24,000 nt of DNA, from positions 1,093,542 to 1,117,541 of the forward strand of contig NZ_CP041764.1 in the NCBI RefSeq assembly GCF_009817885.1, in the 5' to 3' direction. This DNA comes from Serratia rhizosphaerae. GTDB lineage: Bacteria > Pseudomonadota > Gammaproteobacteria > Enterobacterales > Enterobacteriaceae. The notes under the pieces are model-generated. The model was not told where the DNA came from and searched no databases. It saw only the letters and a list, made by a program, of their open reading frames with translations. The position numbers and the translations under genes are program-made. Shown piece by piece: positions 20,096-24,000 of the stretch (its first letter is position 1; every line of letters starts with the position of its first letter).

Positions 20096-21199
20096 TTAAC
20101 TTACGATCATATCGTCGCGGTGCACGGCCACCGGGCCGTATTCATAACCGAGAATGTCACTGATTTGCTGTGAATGGTGCCCGGCGATCATGCGCATGGC
20201 ATCGCTGTTGTAGCGGCTGACGCCGTGGGCCAGATCGCGCCCCGCCAGGTTGCGGATACGGATCACTTCGCCACGGGAAAAATCGCCCTTCACCTCGCGG
20301 ATGCCCTTCGGCAGCAGCGAGCTGCCACGCGCCATAATGGCATCGACGGCGCCGTCATCCACGGTGATCTCGCCGGCCGGCGGTGCGCCGAAGATCCAGC
20401 GTTTACGGTTCTCCAGCGGGGCTTCCAGCGCGTGGAAGCGGGTGCCCACCGGATGGCCGTCAATCACGTCGGCCACCACGCCCGGCTTGCCGCCGGCGGC
20501 GATCACCACGTCGATGCCCGCCCGGCAGGCTACGTCTGCCGCCTGCAGCTTGGTGCCCATTCCGCCGGTGCCAAGGCCGGAAACGCTGTCGCCGGCAATC
20601 GCCCGCAGCGCATCATCAATGCCGTGCACTTCGCGAATCAGCTCCGCCTGCGGGTTGTTGCGCGGGTCGGCGGTGAACAGGCCCGGCTGGTCGGTCAGCA
20701 GCAGCAGTTTGTCCGCGCCGGCCAGGATCGCCGCCAGCGCCGACAGGTTGTCGTTGTCGCCGACTTTGATCTCTGCGGTGGCAACCGCGTCGTTCTCATT
20801 GATCACCGGCACGATGCGGTTATCCAGCAGCGCATTCATGGTATCGCGCGCGTTGAGGAAACGTTCGCGGTCTTCCAGATCGGCGCGCGTCAGCAGCATC
20901 TGCCCGACGTGGATGCCGTAGATCGAAAACAGCTGTTCCCACAGTTGGATCAGGCGGCTCTGCCCTACTGCCGCCAGCAGCTGTTTAGAGGCGATGGTGG
21001 CGGGCAGTTCAGGGTAGCCCAGGTGCTCACGCCCGGCGGCAATCGCCCCGGAAGTGACAATAACAATGCGGTGACCCGCAGCATGTTGCTGTGCGCACTG
21101 GCGCACCAGCTCGACAATATGGGCTCGGTTCAGACGCAGCGATCCGCCGGTCAACACGCTGGTGCCCAATTTCACAACCAATGTCTGGCTGCCGTTCAT
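20096..21199 (-). CDS. proB: Glutamate 5-kinase ProB
   Basis: 367 aa, near-colinear with E. coli ProB ([61 protein letters not shown]...). Its stop lies 9 nt upstream of the proA start. Confidence 0.98.
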   Translation of the reverse strand: MNGSQTLVVKLGTSVLTGGSLRLNRAHIVELVRQCAQQHAAGHRIVIVTSGAIAAGREHLGYPELPATIASKQLLAAVGQSRLIQLWEQLFSIYGIHVGQMLLTRADLEDRERFLNARDTMNALLDNRIVPVINENDAVATAEIKVGDNDNLSALAAILAGADKLLLLTDQPGLFTADPRNNPQAELIREVHGIDDALRAIAGDSVSGLGTGGMGTKLQAADVACRAGIDVVIAAGGKPGVVADVIDGHPVGTRFHALEAPLENRKRWIFGAPPAGEITVDDGAVDAIMARGSSLLPKGIREVKGDFSRGEVIRIRNLAGRDLAHGVSRYNSDAMRMIAGHHSQQISDILGYEYGPVAVHRDDMIVS

Positions 21200-21306
21200 A
21201 ATTATTCGCCGTTGAAAAAGAAGAAATGCAGAGGACTTTGTAACAGGAGAGACGCGTTATGCCAACAGGCACAACGCGAATTCAGTGCAATTGCCGGGGA
21301 AACCGC

Positions 21307-21708
21307 CTAAGCAGAAAGTTTGATCGGCTGCTCGTTAAAATCGTCGGCAGGTTCCAGCGACAGTTCCATCCCGTTCAGCAGCTCCGCCAAACGCTGATGG
21401 AAATCCCGCAGCGTGGTTTCCAGCTTGTCTTTTACTTCAGCATCTTTAATCTTTTCCGGCTGCCATACGCCTTCTTTATTAAACAGCCCGAACTGATAAG
21501 TATAGGTAAAACGTGCATCATCCGCCTGCAGCTCAATCCACCAACCCCAGAACTCTCGCTTCTCCGGCGCGGGTTTCACGTTGACGCATACGGCCAGACA
21601 GTCAAAGAAAAACCGGTCGTTCTCACATTGCCCTTCACGCAGGTACGGCCCCAAGCTGGCAAATCGTTTCATTAGTCGGCTTTTAGGGTGACCACTCGGT
21701 AACGTCAT
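21307..21708 (-). CDS. crl: Sigma factor-binding protein Crl
   Basis: 133 aa. [57 protein letters not shown] matches the Crl family. Confidence 0.95.
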   Translation of the reverse strand: MTLPSGHPKSRLMKRFASLGPYLREGQCENDRFFFDCLAVCVNVKPAPEKREFWGWWIELQADDARFTYTYQFGLFNKEGVWQPEKIKDAEVKDKLETTLRDFHQRLAELLNGMELSLEPADDFNEQPIKLSA

Positions 21709-21768
21709 ACTGCAACCTCCTTAATGTAGACCCCTCTTTTTAACAAACTGTTAAAAATTAGCAACTCT

Positions 21769-23016
21769 TTAACGCATTTTGTCATTCAGCCAGCTACTCA
21801 TCTGCTGCAGCGCCTTGTGGAAGCTGCGGTAAACCGGCGCGCGTGGAATCGCCAGCAGTTTGCCGTCCAGCGACGAGGAGGCAATCAGCTGCGACTCCGC
21901 TTTTGCACTGAGCGGGTCCTGCTCCCAATAGCCGGACAGCATCGGCGTGTAGCAGCGACGGCCGAGCAGGCCCTGCATTTTCAGAGAGTAACGGTTCAGT
22001 TCCATTTTCAGCACATTATCGGAAGCGTCGGCCATGCCCATCCGGCTGGCCAGCACGTCCATATACATGTCCGGCACCTGCTGCTGGTTGCGGGCATCGC
22101 ACAAAATACCGTGCACCACCGGGCCCAGGCAGGCTACGCCGCGCAGGCGCTGCGGTTCCAGATACGCCAGCCGCACCGCCACGTTGGCGCCAAAGCGGAA
22201 GCCGAAGGCGGTCACCCGTTGATGGTCGACCCAAGGTACGCCGGGCAGCTGGTTCAGCACCTGCTGGTGCAGGAAGCTGGAATCCTGCGTCAGTTTCCAT
22301 TTGGAGGAGGCGCCGATTGACGGCATATCGATGGTCAGCATCGCAATGCCCAGCGGGGCCAGATAATCGTTAAACAGGCGGTGGTAGTCGGTCTGCAGCG
22401 TATCGAGGCTGCCGCACATCAGCACCGTCGGGAACGGCGCCTTGCCCTGCTCCGGCATATGCAGGAAGCCGGTAATCGGGCTGCCGCCTTCAATCTTGAA
22501 CTCCAGCTCCTTCAGCTGATAAGGCAGCAGCAGCGCCGCCTCTTCATAGGCGCGGTTGGCCAGCACTTCGGCCTGCTCCGCCAGCTCGTCGCCCTTCAGG
22601 TGCGGATAGCCGGCGATGCTGTAAAAGTTGGCGGCACGCAGCCAGTGCCTGCCCGCCTGCAGCGGGTCCTGCTGTTCCAGCGCGCGCTGCTGCCACTGCA
22701 TGCCCTGATGCACCCACTCGTAAATCCAGTTGCCGTTACGGTAGCCCACCACGGTATCGAGCAGGCGCTCGTCGCTGTGTTCCGCCGCGGAGGCCGCAAT
22801 GCGCGACAGCACCTCGACAATCTCCACCGCGTCCACGCCGCGCCACGACCACAACAGGCGGTTCAGCATGCGGTACCAGTTATTGGCGGTGTCGCCTTCC
22901 AGCGGCGAGTGCATGCTGGCAGAGCGGGCGTGCGGCGCACGCTGAATCAGCGTCGACGTCTCGCGGTGCTTGAATGAGGGCTTGAATAAAATCTCAGAAA
23001 GGTTGGCTTGTGCCAT
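21769..23016 (-). CDS. frsA: Esterase FrsA (fermentation/respiration switch protein)
   Basis: 415 aa. The N-terminus is [20 protein letters not shown]. The protein has an alpha/beta-hydrolase core and sits between gpt and crl, as in E. coli. Confidence 0.95.
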   Translation of the reverse strand: MAQANLSEILFKPSFKHRETSTLIQRAPHARSASMHSPLEGDTANNWYRMLNRLLWSWRGVDAVEIVEVLSRIAASAAEHSDERLLDTVVGYRNGNWIYEWVHQGMQWQQRALEQQDPLQAGRHWLRAANFYSIAGYPHLKGDELAEQAEVLANRAYEEAALLLPYQLKELEFKIEGGSPITGFLHMPEQGKAPFPTVLMCGSLDTLQTDYHRLFNDYLAPLGIAMLTIDMPSIGASSKWKLTQDSSFLHQQVLNQLPGVPWVDHQRVTAFGFRFGANVAVRLAYLEPQRLRGVACLGPVVHGILCDARNQQQVPDMYMDVLASRMGMADASDNVLKMELNRYSLKMQGLLGRRCYTPMLSGYWEQDPLSAKAESQLIASSSLDGKLLAIPRAPVYRSFHKALQQMSSWLNDKMR

Positions 23017-23279
23017 GGTAACAACAGCCTCCGTAAATCTGGCGCAGGCGAAAAACGGCCTGATGATTGCCTGTAGTGTACCTAACTCCGGCGGCGGAAA
23101 CCAAACTATCTCATTGTTAAATATGCGTTAATTTTACGCATCAATGCGGCAAAAGCGCCCGCTAGCGCACTGATAACTAATCCGTTTATCGCTAATAGCG
23201 GCGGAAAAAAGCGCCGGACGGCAGGGGAAAAAACGGCGGGAATTTACAAAAATAAAGCGGCAGGAGGCCTGAAAATGCC

Positions 23280-23302
23280 AACGCCCGGCATCACCGGGCG
23301 TT
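23280..23302 (-). terminator. Intrinsic terminator of gpt
   Basis: The reverse strand reads AACGCCCGG-tgatg-CCGGGCGTT (9-bp stem), followed by GGCATTTTC. It starts 16 nt after the gpt stop. Confidence 0.72.
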
Positions 23303-23317
23303 TCAACAGCGTGACGC

Positions 23318-23776
23318 TTAGCGGCCGCCGATCGGTGGGACGAAGCTGACGCCCATATCCCAAGGCTGTTCGATCCAGGTATCCTGCGGGATGTCGACCA
23401 CGTAGTCGTCCACCAGCGGGCGACCGGCCGGCTTGGCGAAAATGGTGACGAAGTGGGCTTTAGGATACATGTCGCGGATGGCTTTCGCGGTGCCGCCGGT
23501 ATCCACCAGATCGTCAACTACGATGAAACCTTCGCCGTCACCTTCAGCGCGCTTGAGGATTTTCATCTCACGCTGGTTGTCGTGGTCATAGCTGGAAATG
23601 CAGACGGTATCGACGTGGCGAATCCCCAGTTCACGCGCCAGCAGCGCTGCCGGCACCAGGCCGCCGCGGCTTACCGCGATAATGCCGGTCCATTTTTCGG
23701 CAGGCAGCAGGCGATGCGCCAGTTTGCGCGCTTGCATTTGCAACATATCCCAGGTAACAACGTATTTTTCGCTCAT
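23318..23776 (-). CDS. gpt: Xanthine-guanine phosphoribosyltransferase
   Basis: 152 aa. MSEKY.VTWDMLQ..ARKLA.RL.P...[40 protein letters not shown] is the Gpt pattern. Confidence 0.97.
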   Translation of the reverse strand: MSEKYVVTWDMLQMQARKLAHRLLPAEKWTGIIAVSRGGLVPAALLARELGIRHVDTVCISSYDHDNQREMKILKRAEGDGEGFIVVDDLVDTGGTAKAIRDMYPKAHFVTIFAKPAGRPLVDDYVVDIPQDTWIEQPWDMGVSFVPPIGGR

Positions 23777-24000
23777 AAAAGGTGTCCCAGCCAGTGTAAA
23801 ATCGGCTTACTAAATGTTCAGGGGAAAAAAGGTTGCGCGAGATTATAGAGACTGGGCGCGCTGAATACCAGTTGAACCGAGGAATTGATCGCGAATTCGT
23901 TACCGCCCGCCTCTGGCGATTCATGCTGAAAAAGCCGGCAACTTCCTATAAAACCGCGCCCTTTTACCGATTATACAGCGTGATACGGCACGCGCACCGG

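Noticed and set aside
21200-21306. Absence of phoE between crl and proB, where it sits in E. coli K-12.
   Set aside because: The 107-bp gap has no remnant that I can see. Presence or absence of phoE at this site is ordinary lineage variation, not a feature of this window.
23140-23260. A recurrent GCGGC-A-tract-GCGCC style motif in the 300-bp frsA-gpt intergenic region (gcggcaaaagcgccc, gcggcggaaaaaagcgccgg, ggggaaaaaacggcggg).
   Set aside because: The motifs are short, imperfect and irregularly spaced, and they form no convincing hairpins or dyads. This could be frsA promoter architecture, but I cannot support a specific call.

Overview
This is an enterobacterial chromosomal window with a GC-rich core. 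Gene content looks Klebsiella/Enterobacter-like, but that is inference only. It has three parts.

(1) Positions 18.5-24 kb hold the conserved gpt-frsA-crl-proB-proA-thrW(tRNA-Thr CGU) block, all on the minus strand.

(2) Directly after the 3' end of thrW lies a visibly AT-rich accessory island of about 5.3 kb (about 13.3-18.55 kb) with no integrase. It carries, in order:
- a GNAT acetyltransferase;
- a Tlde1-like (DUF2778, L,D-transpeptidase-fold) effector overlapping by ATGA a signal-peptide protein that is a candidate immunity gene;
- a perfect 43-bp tandem duplication;
- a frameshifted lipoprotein gene;
- an IS3-family OrfA scrap;
- a signal-less HExxH metallopeptidase coupled to a paralogous lipoprotein;
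- a DUF943-like membrane protein;
- a minimal MarA/SoxS-type regulator.
I read this as an orphan arsenal of type VI secretion system (T6SS)-type effector/immunity genes.

(3) Positions 1-13.3 kb are mostly core or metabolic. They contain an Fdc1-like UbiD decarboxylase, a YbdG-like mechanosensitive channel and lacI-lacZ-lacY. The lac region has a fully recognisable promoter, CRP site and O1/O2 operators, but no lacA. This part also holds a YkuD-type L,D-transpeptidase, a decayed and an intact aldo/keto reductase, and a LysR regulator.

At the extreme left (1-717), within an AT-rich stretch, are two tandem paralogous small genes. Each encodes a 15-aa leader ending in a double glycine (GG), followed by a Cys-containing core. 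They are candidate class II microcin/bacteriocin-like precursors, and the second runs off the window. No CRISPR array, rRNA or intact transposase is present.

The most interesting candidates are the double-glycine peptide pair and the metallopeptidase/lipoprotein module in the thrW island.
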